From IMG/VR virus record IMGVR_UViG_3300012843_000003, positions 1 to 50,116 of that record: a stretch of 50,116 bases of DNA. One strand, 5' to 3'. The notes under the pieces were generated by a model. That model saw nothing but the letters and a program-made list of their open reading frames with translations, did not search any database and was not told where the DNA came from. Origin of the DNA: a virus (taxonomy: Duplodnaviria; Caudoviricetes). The position numbers were made by a program, and so were the translations under genes. Positions 27,911 to 35,692 of this stretch are shown one piece after another. Each line of letters begins with the position of its first letter. Position 1 is the stretch's first letter.

Positions 27911-28453
27911 ATGGCGTTTAGCACATCACCTATGTTAAGAAAAATCGTTCAGGGCAGCCTTACCTTATTAGGTGCCGCAGGCTCTGTAGCGATTCTATCG
28001 CTCGTTTACACGATGTGGCACGACTCCCGGGAGGAGTCCGCTGCTAACGGCGAAAACAGAGCCGCTCTTGCCTTTACGAAAGGCCGTCTCACTGAGACGA
28101 CTGCAGAGAATCTCAAGCTGAAAGACGAAGTGGCGGCTTTGCAGAAACGGATCGATGAAGCTCGACAGGAACTAACTACCGAGCAACTCAACAATCGGTA
28201 TGACAAAAGGTTGCTTGAAGAAAGCACCACCAGACAAAAGCAACTGGAAACACAGGTTGATCAGCTTCGATCATCGCTCGCCAAATCAGACCCCTGCGCA
28301 CCTCTTCACGCTGCCATTGACGGTCTTGAGCGCGCTCTTCAAGTGCCTACATACAGGCTCCCACATCTGAACGGGATGCAGAGGAAGCAAGCAGAAGAAA
28401 GCTTGGCGAAGAAGTACCGATCGCTTGATGTTTGCCTATCAGCGAGCCGTTAA
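27911..28453 (+). CDS. Membrane-anchored coiled-coil moron
   Basis: N-terminal TM, long heptad region, two C-terminal Cys; antisense to late genes. Confidence 0.7.
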   Translation: MAFSTSPMLRKIVQGSLTLLGAAGSVAILSLVYTMWHDSREESAANGENRAALAFTKGRLTETTAENLKLKDEVAALQKRIDEARQELTTEQLNNRYDKRLLEESTTRQKQLETQVDQLRSSLAKSDPCAPLHAAIDGLERALQVPTYRLPHLNGMQRKQAEESLAKKYRSLDVCLSASR

Positions 28454-28630
28454 TAGGCACGCGGACACCAGCGACGATCAGCTCCTGAGGCAAGCCGACG
28501 CCCTTGGCTTCAGCAATCGCCTTCACCACCGCAGCGTCGAGCGCATTGATTGTAGCCACCACAGCAGCCGGGAGCAGCCGGGAGTAGCCGGGAGCAGCAA
28601 GGCATGGTGCAGCCGGGTTACATTGCTCAT
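28452..28630 (-). pseudogene. Frameshifted small phage gene (MSNVTRLHHAL...GLPQELIVA)
   Basis: 5' and 3' halves lie in different frames separated by a 10-bp tandem repeat; the 3' end runs into the antisense moron. Confidence 0.55.
28563..28598. repeat. 10-bp tandem repeat (AGCCGGGAGY) x3
   Basis: agc-agccgggagc-agccgggagt-agccgggagc-agc. Confidence 0.85.
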
Positions 28631-28690
28631 GCCTACTACTCGCAATATTCCAGTAACGGCTGATGATCTAAGGGCAGAAGCCTAATGTGA

Positions 28691-29170
28691 TCAGTTCCAC
28701 GCATCCAGTGCGCGTAAGCGCTGGAGGGCGTGCCGGTACTTACAGAACAGGGCATACGTGGCGCGAGCGGTCCCAGCTGCACTCTGTGCACCTATTCCGT
28801 CGCAGTCTGCTTTGACGTATTGCTTCCACCTTACCTGAGATTCCTCAAGCAAGACCGGAACCGTCTCGAATGTCGCAAAGGCGCTTGGATGCTCGGCTGC
28901 ATCTCGAGCAGTGACCAGTTTCTCCTGGTGCTTCTGTTCGACCGCTTCGTTACTCGATCGCACCATAGCGGAAAGACACATATCGCTATCGTTCGTAGTA
29001 CGCACGTCAGGCCTCTTAAGGCACTGCTGCCAGTCGGATTCCAGCTTCGCCGCGAACTGGCGCACCGCCGCGTCCAGTTCTTCCTCACGGCCAACATCAG
29101 CATGGGCAGCGCTCATCGCGAGCAATGATCCTATGCAGATCGCTTTAAACAACTTATTCACGCTTCTCAC
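28691..29170 (-). CDS. Secreted LprI/DUF1311-like lysozyme-inhibitor family protein
   Basis: Signal peptide ending AAHA; C...C, 'LEESQVRWKQYVKADC...ALFC...QRLRAL'. Confidence 0.7.
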   Translation of the reverse strand: MRSVNKLFKAICIGSLLAMSAAHADVGREEELDAAVRQFAAKLESDWQQCLKRPDVRTTNDSDMCLSAMVRSSNEAVEQKHQEKLVTARDAAEHPSAFATFETVPVLLEESQVRWKQYVKADCDGIGAQSAAGTARATYALFCKYRHALQRLRALDAWN

Positions 29171-29256
29171 TCCTTGAGATGTCTATTTAGGGATTGCATG
29201 GTGCAGCATATGGAACCCGCGCGCCACGAAATTGCGCGCCCTAATTTGTGGCGCTG

Positions 29257-29529
29257 CTATTTGCTTTTGCTGCGCTGGATCTGCGCATCGACCTGGTCAG
29301 CGCAGGTGTCGAGCAGGTTGATGGCCCGGTCCTTCAGCGCCCACAGGTCGCCGTTCAGGCGCAGGTCTTCGTCATCGTCCACCCGCTCGCACGGGACCAT
29401 CTCAGGGGGTTCGAGCCTTACCGCTGTTGTCTTTACTGTCACCGGCTGAGGCTTTGCCGCGCAGGCCGTCAGGAAGAGGCTGAGCAGCCCAGTCACGAAC
29501 AGGTTTGCTGTTGCGTTTGAGGTCTTCAA
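29257..29529 (-). CDS. Rz1-like o-spanin (LysC-like)
   Basis: Lipobox LTAC; 'PPEMVPC...NGDL...LDTCADQVD'; overlaps the i-spanin. Confidence 0.8.
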   Translation of the reverse strand: MKTSNATANLFVTGLLSLFLTACAAKPQPVTVKTTAVRLEPPEMVPCERVDDDEDLRLNGDLWALKDRAINLLDTCADQVDAQIQRSKSK

Positions 29530-29791
29530 AGTTCTTCTCCGCCTTACGCGCTTTCGCCTTGCTGGCCTCCAGGCGCTTGTTCAGGTCCTTGAGATAGTCG
29601 GCGTTGCGCTGGGCTTCGGCCCGCAGGGTGGTGATGGTGGCCTGGCTTTCGGCGTTGGCGTCGATGGCCTTCTTCTTCTCGCCGGCTTCGAATGCCACCT
29701 CACCGCGGAGGGCGACGACGCGATATTGCTGAATACCAACGAGCAGCAGAGCAACCAGGCTGATGAGCAGTGCGGCGGCAATGGCTTTCAT
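29402..29791 (-). CDS. Rz-like i-spanin (LysB-like)
   Basis: N-terminal TM, coiled coil, 'VRDWAAQPLPD'. Confidence 0.85.
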   Translation of the reverse strand: MKAIAAALLISLVALLLVGIQQYRVVALRGEVAFEAGEKKKAIDANAESQATITTLRAEAQRNADYLKDLNKRLEASKAKARKAEKNFEDLKRNSKPVRDWAAQPLPDGLRGKASAGDSKDNSGKARTP

Positions 29792-30105
29792 GCGGCGTCC
29801 ACCTTTCTGCCCAGGAAGCGAGTGACAAGCTCACGAATGGCCGTCACGCCGAGGAAGCCGATCGTGCCACCCGCAGCTACCGATAGGCTGGGCGGCCAGC
29901 TCATCCACTCGATCAGGCTCGACGCTACCAGGCTCAGCGACCCACAGATCAGCGACTCGAAAATGATCCGGCGCTTACTGGTTTCTTTCGCGTCGTAGAG
30001 GACGCGCAGTAGGGAGACTGTGACGGCCATTATTGCGCCCTGCCATAGCGGGTTCGAAAGGGCCAACCAGATCTGCGCCCATGTGTCCGGGTTCTTGTCA
30101 GGCAT
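29788..30105 (-). CDS. Lambda-family holin
   Basis: 'MPDKNPDTW', three TM helices, 'GGTIGFLGV'; start reassigned to 30105. Confidence 0.88.
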   Translation of the reverse strand: MPDKNPDTWAQIWLALSNPLWQGAIMAVTVSLLRVLYDAKETSKRRIIFESLICGSLSLVASSLIEWMSWPPSLSVAAGGTIGFLGVTAIRELVTRFLGRKVDAA

Positions 30106-30184
30106 GGGGATAATCCGGCTTTCGTCCCTTTCGGGGTTGAACGATGACAGCCCCGCTGGGTGCGAGGCCTCGAATGAACAAATA

Positions 30185-30224
30185 AAACATAAGTGTTTAC
30201 ACAACACATTTATGTTTATATAAT
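30185..30224 (+). promoter_or_regulatory. hicAB promoter with overlapping inverted-repeat operator
   Basis: TTTACA (30196)-17 bp-TATAAT (30219); AAACATAA...TTATGTTT inverted repeat. Confidence 0.7.
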
Positions 30225-30252
30225 GAACCCATCAACACACAACGGAGGGTTG

Positions 30253-30435
30253 ATGAAGTACAGCGAGTTCAGGAGATGGTTGGAGGCCCGAGGGGTCGAG
30301 TTTTCGAAGTCAGCCAACGGCAGTCACTTCAAGATTCGCTACAAGGACCGCCAGACGATCTTCCCAAGCCACGGATCCAAGGAGATTGGTGAAGGGCTTA
30401 GGAAGGAAATCATCAAGCAACTGGGCCTCAAATGA
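30253..30435 (+). CDS. hicA: HicA toxin
   Basis: 60 aa, 'NGSHFKI...FPSHGSKEIGEGLRKEIIKQLGLK'; GGAGG RBS. Confidence 0.92.
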   Translation: MKYSEFRRWLEARGVEFSKSANGSHFKIRYKDRQTIFPSHGSKEIGEGLRKEIIKQLGLK

Positions 30436-30483
30436 GGCCCCACCACCCTGAACAGACGTCCAGTCAGCCCCATGAGAGGAAAC

Positions 30484-30909
30484 ATGTACGACTACAAAAT
30501 CGTGGCTCACGAGGAAAACGATCACTTCTGGTCGTCTTGCCCAGACATCCCCGAGGCACACAGCGTTGGCGACAGCCTGGAAGAGCTACTTGCGAATGCG
30601 GTAGACGGGCTCACCCTGGCGCTGTCGATCTACGTTGACCAGAAGCGGGCGATTCCACCTGCCACCGAAGCCGGCGATCACATCGTCCGGCTTTCTGGCG
30701 TCACGGTCGCAAAAATTGCGCTCTGGAATGAATTGGTCCGCGCCGGCAAGACCCGGGCTGATCTCGCCTCGATGCTGGGTGTATCACCTACCGCGGCCGG
30801 GCGCCTGGTCGATTTCGAGCACACCTCCAAACTCGAAAGCCTGGAAGAAGCTCTGGCGAAGTTCGGGGTCCGACTCCAGGTGACACCTACCGCGCTGCGG
30901 GCTGCTTGA
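30484..30909 (+). CDS. hicB: HicB antitoxin with C-terminal HTH
   Basis: 'CPDIPEAHSVGDSLEE...', 'AKIALWNEL...RADLA...RLVDFEHTSK'. Confidence 0.92.
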   Translation: MYDYKIVAHEENDHFWSSCPDIPEAHSVGDSLEELLANAVDGLTLALSIYVDQKRAIPPATEAGDHIVRLSGVTVAKIALWNELVRAGKTRADLASMLGVSPTAAGRLVDFEHTSKLESLEEALAKFGVRLQVTPTALRAA

Positions 30910-30966
30910 TCGCACTCTAGGGGGTCGGAACACTCTCCGGCCCTTTTGAGGTCCTCTACGAGCAAC

Positions 30967-30991
30967 AAAAAACCCGGCTTTGTGGGCCGGG
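30967..30991 (-). terminator. tR'-like late leader terminator
   Basis: CCCGGC/GCCGGG stem plus T6 on the minus strand, shortly after the PR'-like promoter. Confidence 0.75.
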
Positions 30992-31017
30992 CTTTGTATG
31001 TTTTCGCCAAAGGCGAA

Positions 31018-31064
31018 ATTATGACGATGGCGAAATAGTGCCAAAACACTCCTCAAACTGTCAA
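31018..31064 (-). promoter_or_regulatory. PR'-like late promoter with a downstream -10-like element
   Basis: TTGACA overlapping the Q-like stop, TG-G-CACTAT 18 bp later, then CATAAT in the initial transcribed region. Confidence 0.55.
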
Positions 31065-31747
31065 GCAGCTATTTCCTGATCCCCGCTGCTGCGCTCACGC
31101 AGCCTTTCCACAACCCGCGCGACAGGTTTCAATGCCTGCTTGTCGAGCTTGTCCACCTGGCTGCAGAGGGCATCCCACACCTCCTGCCAATCCCTTGCCC
31201 AGTTCTGCGGGTTCATCTTCTCGCCGGTGCGGTCCTCGACGAACATGCACACCGCACCAGGGCCCATCGCCTCGCCGCCGTGGACGAGGATCTTGTGTGA
31301 TTGGAGGGCAGCCATGGCCATCCAGTAGGCGCGCTGCTTCTTGCGGTCTGTTAGCGCTTCCAGGCCGCTCCCGAGCCATACCAGGCCATGGGAGATGCTC
31401 AGGTCGTTACCGCTGGCGACGGGCGAGTACAAGAAGTGCCCAAGGTGGCGCAGCGACTTCGGCAAGGAGTCGATCGCCTGAATCACGAGGCCGGCGGTCA
31501 GCATGTGCGCGCAGCGGTCGTTGGTGAGGCGGCGACCTGGGCGAGTCTCCTGCACACCCTCCTTGCGGACTTCGTACACCTTGCACACCTCCTGCCCGTC
31601 GTGATTCTCCAGCATGACCATGATCTTCACATCGCCGGAGCCACCTTTCTTGCCCAACGCTGCCTGCTCCGCGGCTACGGCCAGAGCGGATGCGCGATTC
31701 TCGTGCAGTGCGTCGTGCCAAACTTGGCGAGCGCTGATTACTTTCAT
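31061..31747 (-). CDS. Late regulator / Q-like antiterminator
   Basis: Last gene before the promoter-terminator-holin unit; 'ISARQVWHDA...FLYSP'; start at ATG 31747; function inferred from position. Confidence 0.65.
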   Translation of the reverse strand: MKVISARQVWHDALHENRASALAVAAEQAALGKKGGSGDVKIMVMLENHDGQEVCKVYEVRKEGVQETRPGRRLTNDRCAHMLTAGLVIQAIDSLPKSLRHLGHFLYSPVASGNDLSISHGLVWLGSGLEALTDRKKQRAYWMAMAALQSHKILVHGGEAMGPGAVCMFVEDRTGEKMNPQNWARDWQEVWDALCSQVDKLDKQALKPVARVVERLRERSSGDQEIAA

Positions 31748-31893
31748 GGCTGTTCCCCCTGGATGTGATTTTTCTTCTTCAGCAAAAATTCTTCGTAGCT
31801 GCGCTTGCGGCGCACTGCGCCAGCCCACGAAAGCGCCCCGTCCGAGACCACGCACAGCGTGGCCAAAATCAGAAATGCCCATGCTGGCGTCAT
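31744..31893 (-). CDS. 49-aa membrane peptide (not in ORF track)
   Basis: MTPAWAFLILATLCVVSDGALSWAGAVRRKRS...; ATGA overlaps at both ends. Confidence 0.65.
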   Translation of the reverse strand: MTPAWAFLILATLCVVSDGALSWAGAVRRKRSYEEFLLKKKNHIQGEQP

Positions 31894-32471
31894 GCTGCCT
31901 TCTCCTTCAGCTGCTTGATCTTGTCGCGGTACTCGGCCTTCAGGGCCTTGAGCTCGTCGATGGTGTAGCGCTGGGCCTTATGAGGGCCTTCCAGCCAGGC
32001 AACCTGCTCGGCACCTATGCGCTGCACCAGGTTGATCCGGTAGTTAACGATGTCGCCCGACTTGTGCTGGTTGCAGGGCACGCACTGCTTGTGGCAGTTG
32101 AGCGGCTCGAAGCGCAGCTCCGGGTTGCCGCCCACGGTGCGGTAGTGCCCGGCGTCGTATTTGCCCTGGTGGTGCCGACCGCAACTGATGCATGGCTGTG
32201 CCTCATCGCGCAGGCGCACCCACTGGTTGAACACCGCCTGGGCTTCGCGCACGTAGTCGGCCCGGCTCTTGAGCTTCTGCTTGCGCACTTGGATCTCGCG
32301 GCGCTCACGCTGGGCGATCGCCTTCCGCGCTACCGCCTGGTTCTCCGGCCTCTTCGCCAGCTCCAGCGCGCACTGCACGCCGCAGGCCTTCTGCGTTGAC
32401 AGCGATGGCCGAAACTTCGTACCGCAGGCCTTGCAGGTCTTCTGCTTCACTTCCTTGAGAGCTGTCCTCAT
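31890..32471 (-). CDS. ninG: NinG/Rap recombination endonuclease
   Basis: 'PCISCG...YDAGHYR...ELRFEPLNCHKQCVPCNQHKSG'; start at 32471. Confidence 0.92.
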   Translation of the reverse strand: MRTALKEVKQKTCKACGTKFRPSLSTQKACGVQCALELAKRPENQAVARKAIAQRERREIQVRKQKLKSRADYVREAQAVFNQWVRLRDEAQPCISCGRHHQGKYDAGHYRTVGGNPELRFEPLNCHKQCVPCNQHKSGDIVNYRINLVQRIGAEQVAWLEGPHKAQRYTIDELKALKAEYRDKIKQLKEKAA

Positions 32472-32833
32472 GCCATGAACTCCCTCGTGGGCCGCTCTTT
32501 CCCGGTGCGCCGGATGAACTCGTGACGTTTGGCGACAGCCAGCAGGTAGCACTGCGGGCACGAAGAGTCAGGGGCCGCCTGGCGGACTGCTGCTGATCGC
32601 CTGATGACGTAGTTGCTGCATGTGCAGCGGCACACCCAGCGCCCGCGAAGTTCCGCGCTGAAACCAACGACGGTGAGACGACCGAACTTGCGGTCACTCA
32701 GGTCCTCGATACCATCAGGAACAGACCTTGTTGGCAGCGGCAGGCCAGAGCAGACTTCCGTGGGCAGAGCCCGAAACTCGAAAGACTCGCCATTTGCAAC
32801 AACTCGAGCTGCGACTTTGTTGACTGGTCTCAT
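32468..32833 (-). CDS. Hypothetical Cys-rich protein
   Basis: 'DLSDRKFGRLTVVG...WVCRCTC...CPQC'; ATGA coupling; start at 32833. Confidence 0.7.
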   Translation of the reverse strand: MRPVNKVAARVVANGESFEFRALPTEVCSGLPLPTRSVPDGIEDLSDRKFGRLTVVGFSAELRGRWVCRCTCSNYVIRRSAAVRQAAPDSSCPQCYLLAVAKRHEFIRRTGKERPTREFMA

Positions 32834-33300
32834 GCCGCCTCCTCGCTCAGCAGGTCGCTGAAGAACACACCCTGCGGCGCGAACTCGGCCACGATGCGGT
32901 CGGTGTACTGACAGCCCTGGGCCCGGTCGAACAACCGAGTAACTGGGAACCCATCTGGCCCGAACATGGCGCACGGGCCCATCAGGCGCAGCTTCACGTC
33001 GTAATCCAGGTGGATGAACGACTCAGCCCAGCCGGTGCGGAACTCGGCGCAGCCGGCGCGCATGATCGGCACGCCCAAGTGCAGCTTGCAGTAACGACGC
33101 ACGTCCTCGATGTCGCCCATCTCGGTGCTCTTGGCGATTCGCTCATACATGGCGAACCACAGCGCGTTTTGATCCAGAGTGCGGTCCTTGCCTGGGCGCA
33201 TGCTGACCACGACGAACTTCTTCTCGCGGAACAGCCGGCTCATCATGGTGATGGCCTCGGAAAGCTTGGCCTGGCTGTTTACGCTGATCTTCTCGCTCAT
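32830..33300 (-). CDS. ninB: NinB/Orf-like protein
   Basis: 'RTLDQNALWFAMYERIA...YCKLHLGVPI'; nin position. Confidence 0.7.
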   Translation of the reverse strand: MSEKISVNSQAKLSEAITMMSRLFREKKFVVVSMRPGKDRTLDQNALWFAMYERIAKSTEMGDIEDVRRYCKLHLGVPIMRAGCAEFRTGWAESFIHLDYDVKLRLMGPCAMFGPDGFPVTRLFDRAQGCQYTDRIVAEFAPQGVFFSDLLSEEAA

Positions 33301-33584
33301 GGCTTCACCTTCAGGCCCTGGGCCTCAATCGCCTTGCGCACGTCGCGGATGTAGGCCACCTCGTTGAAGCTGCCGCCCTCCACGTCGTCGAACTCCTCGC
33401 AGTAGGCCTCAGCTGCTCTGTTCGGCAGCTCAACCACCACGGCCTCGCGAGAGAGCTTCCAGGCTTCTTCCCAGCCCCTTCGGAACGCGTCTTTGAAATA
33501 AGGGTGAAGACCTTGGCCTTTGTCATCGCCCAGACGGGAGAACGCATTCTCAAGGAGGTCGTCGCGCATCTTGTTAGTGTCCAT
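33297..33584 (-). CDS. Hypothetical nin-region protein
   Basis: 'MDTNKMRD...SREAVVVELP...AIEAQGLKV'; start at 33584. Confidence 0.7.
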   Translation of the reverse strand: MDTNKMRDDLLENAFSRLGDDKGQGLHPYFKDAFRRGWEEAWKLSREAVVVELPNRAAEAYCEEFDDVEGGSFNEVAYIRDVRKAIEAQGLKVKP

Positions 33585-33814
33585 CAGTGCTTCTCCTGCT
33601 CTGCTGGCCTGCTGACCAAGGTTTCGCCCCAAGCTCTGTAGTTGGGCGTCTTCCTGGCCCAACGAAATAGTCCGTTGCACCTCGCCCACATGCTGTTGCC
33701 GTACAGGTTTGTGTAGGCATACGGCTTGCTCTCGAACCAGTGCCAGTTGCCGTCCGCATCCTGAGCAAGCCATTCGGCCCATTTCGGTGCGTCATCCCAG
33801 TGCGGAATCGCCAT
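33584..33814 (-). CDS. Hypothetical Trp-rich phage protein
   Basis: 'WDDAPKWAEWLAQDADGNWHWFESKP'; start at 33814 coupled to the P stop. Confidence 0.7.
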   Translation of the reverse strand: MAIPHWDDAPKWAEWLAQDADGNWHWFESKPYAYTNLYGNSMWARCNGLFRWARKTPNYRAWGETLVSRPAEQEKH

Positions 33815-34575
33815 CACACCCCCTCCCCGGCCAGCTGTCCGGCGCGCTTGATGTTCAACTTGGCCAGCAGGTGTGCACGGCACGCGGCGACGCTCGAAGG
33901 GATCTGCTGCAGGTCCAGCAGGCGGGCCTGGCGTTGGCTTGCGTAATCGTCGGCCAGCTCGATCAGGCTCTTCTGGCTGTCGTGGCCGATGCCGGTGGCG
34001 ATGTCGCCCAGTGGCTCGCCGGCCACCAGCATGCGGATGGTGATGTCGTAGGCCCGGGCGAACACCTTCTCCGCGCGCTCCACCTCCATCGATCCCAGGT
34101 TCTGCGCCTCGCACTGCAGGGCCGCGTGGCGCACCGCTGCGTGCGTCCAGTGGCGTGCGCCTGCCCTGCTGGGGTGGAAGTTCTCCAGCGCTTCTGCCAG
34201 GGCCCGCGCAAGTGGCGGAATGCCCATCTCTTCCGGCGTCGGCTGGCACAGCTTGATGAACTTGCCGCTGCTCGGGGCGAAGTCGGTACCCAGCACCCGG
34301 CACTTCTGGATGCCGAAGCGGATCTGCTCGAGCGTGTTGATGCCTGCGGCGACGAAGGACTTGATCCAGCTGCGCTTGGCAGCCTTCAGCGCTTCGTCGT
34401 CCGGCCAGGCCTGCTTCCACGCTGGGAAGATGGCCTGCAGCTCCTTGAACAGGGCGTTGACCACTTCGGTGGTGCCTGGGTCCAGCTGCTTTGCCGGGGC
34501 CTGAACCTCGGCAGGCAGGTTGCCGGCCTTGGCCATGATCTCCGTCACGCTGCGCAGTTTCGGTTGTGCGCTCAT
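33814..34575 (-). CDS. P: Replication protein P (helicase loader)
   Basis: 'NALFKELQAIFPAW...AKRSWIKSF...FAPSSGKFIKLC'. Confidence 0.88.
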   Translation of the reverse strand: MSAQPKLRSVTEIMAKAGNLPAEVQAPAKQLDPGTTEVVNALFKELQAIFPAWKQAWPDDEALKAAKRSWIKSFVAAGINTLEQIRFGIQKCRVLGTDFAPSSGKFIKLCQPTPEEMGIPPLARALAEALENFHPSRAGARHWTHAAVRHAALQCEAQNLGSMEVERAEKVFARAYDITIRMLVAGEPLGDIATGIGHDSQKSLIELADDYASQRQARLLDLQQIPSSVAACRAHLLAKLNIKRAGQLAGEGV

Positions 34576-35327
34576 AAGCCCCCCAGGTCATCAGCCCAGC
34601 TGGTGTCGTTGAAGTCGGGGCCGCTGGCCGGGCGGCGGGATGCGAACGGGGCGGCGCCTGCTGGCTGGGGCAGTTCGTCTTCCCAGCGCTTGCCGTTCAG
34701 CCAGGTGGATGCGTGCGGGATGAACTGGCCGCCGTCCTTGGTCCAGTCGGTCGACACGGTCCAGGCAGCCAGGGCTTTGGCCATCAGGTCGAACAGATCA
34801 GCGGTGACCTTGATCTTCGCCCAGGCTTTCTTGGCGTCGGCCTTGCTCACCTTGCGCGGGTACAGCGACCAGAACCGTTCGAAGTCGACCAACTCGCCTT
34901 CGCGAGAGTCAGTCCTTACTCCCTTCAGTCCTTGCTTACCTTCAATACTTACTAGTGTCGGATTTGCCGGATACGGCTGAGCCGGAAGCGGTTCAACCGG
35001 ATACGGCAAAGCCGGAAGCGGTGTTTCCGAGACGACGTAGTGGGTTTCGCCCAGCAAACCGGACTCGCCACGGTCCTGGCGACGCTCGACGTAGCCGGCG
35101 GCAATCAGCTCTTGCAGCAAGCCGTACACGCCATCACGACCAGTAGGCTTCGACGACTTGGCAGTCTCGTTGCGCAGGTGGGTGACGGACACGGCCCAGT
35201 GGTCCGGCTTGCCCAACAGGAAGACCAGCAGGCCGCGGGCAGCCCAGCTCAGGCGCCCGTCCTCGCTTATCGACTTGTTGAGCATGTAGAAGTTGGCCTC
35301 AGGGCGAGGCGCGCGGATGATGCTCAT
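34572..35327 (-). CDS. Replication initiator (O-like, HTH)
   Basis: 'EDGRLSWAARGLLVFLLGKPDHW', 'FERFWSLYPRKVSK...HASTWLNGKRWED'; internal iterons; start at 35327. Confidence 0.85.
   Translation of the reverse strand: MSIIRAPRPEANFYMLNKSISEDGRLSWAARGLLVFLLGKPDHWAVSVTHLRNETAKSSKPTGRDGVYGLLQELIAAGYVERRQDRGESGLLGETHYVVSETPLPALPYPVEPLPAQPYPANPTLVSIEGKQGLKGVRTDSREGELVDFERFWSLYPRKVSKADAKKAWAKIKVTADLFDLMAKALAAWTVSTDWTKDGGQFIPHASTWLNGKRWEDELPQPAGAAPFASRRPASGPDFNDTSWADDLGGL
34935..35025. other. Phage replication origin: four 15-bp iterons plus an AT-richer flank
   Basis: GCCGGATACGGCTGA / GCCGGAAGCGGTTCA / ACCGGATACGGCAAA / GCCGGAAGCGGTGTT at 34966-35025, inside the initiator gene. Confidence 0.75.
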
Positions 35328-35692
35328 GCTGCACGCTCCGCCCTGGCCGCTGCACCGCGGCGCCGCATACCCACGACGTGCCGGTAAGCCCGGAACTTCA
35401 AACCTGAACCTGATGGCATGTCGTACGCAGCCTCTTGCAGATCGCAGCAGACATCGCCGTAGCAGAAGGCACCCCACTCGCTTTCCCGGAAATCGGTCGA
35501 ATCGAGTTCGTCGACGTAGAAGTCACGCGCCGCTTCGCAGTGGGCACAGGTCTTGTAGGTCGACACGCCTCCCTCCCAGAGCCCAGAGACGAACTCGTAG
35601 CGGTCGCCTGGCTCGATGTAGCCCCGGCATTCGGTGCACGTGTGACGCTTGCGCGCGACGCGGTGCGTTTCTGTGTGGAATTCTGGATTCAT
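35324..35692 (-). CDS. Hypothetical Zn-finger phage protein
   Basis: 'ARKRHTCTECRGYIEPGDRY...KTCAHC'. Confidence 0.75.
   Translation of the reverse strand: MNPEFHTETHRVARKRHTCTECRGYIEPGDRYEFVSGLWEGGVSTYKTCAHCEAARDFYVDELDSTDFRESEWGAFCYGDVCCDLQEAAYDMPSGSGLKFRAYRHVVGMRRRGAAARAERAA

Noticed and set aside
32468-32833. Homing endonuclease
   Set aside because: Has the 'FGRLTV...WxCxCxC' motif seen in such proteins but no HNH or AP2 domain
33584-34591. 335-aa ORF overlapping gene P
   Set aside because: Only the last 76 codons from ATG 33814 look like a real protein; the rest is an alternate frame of P
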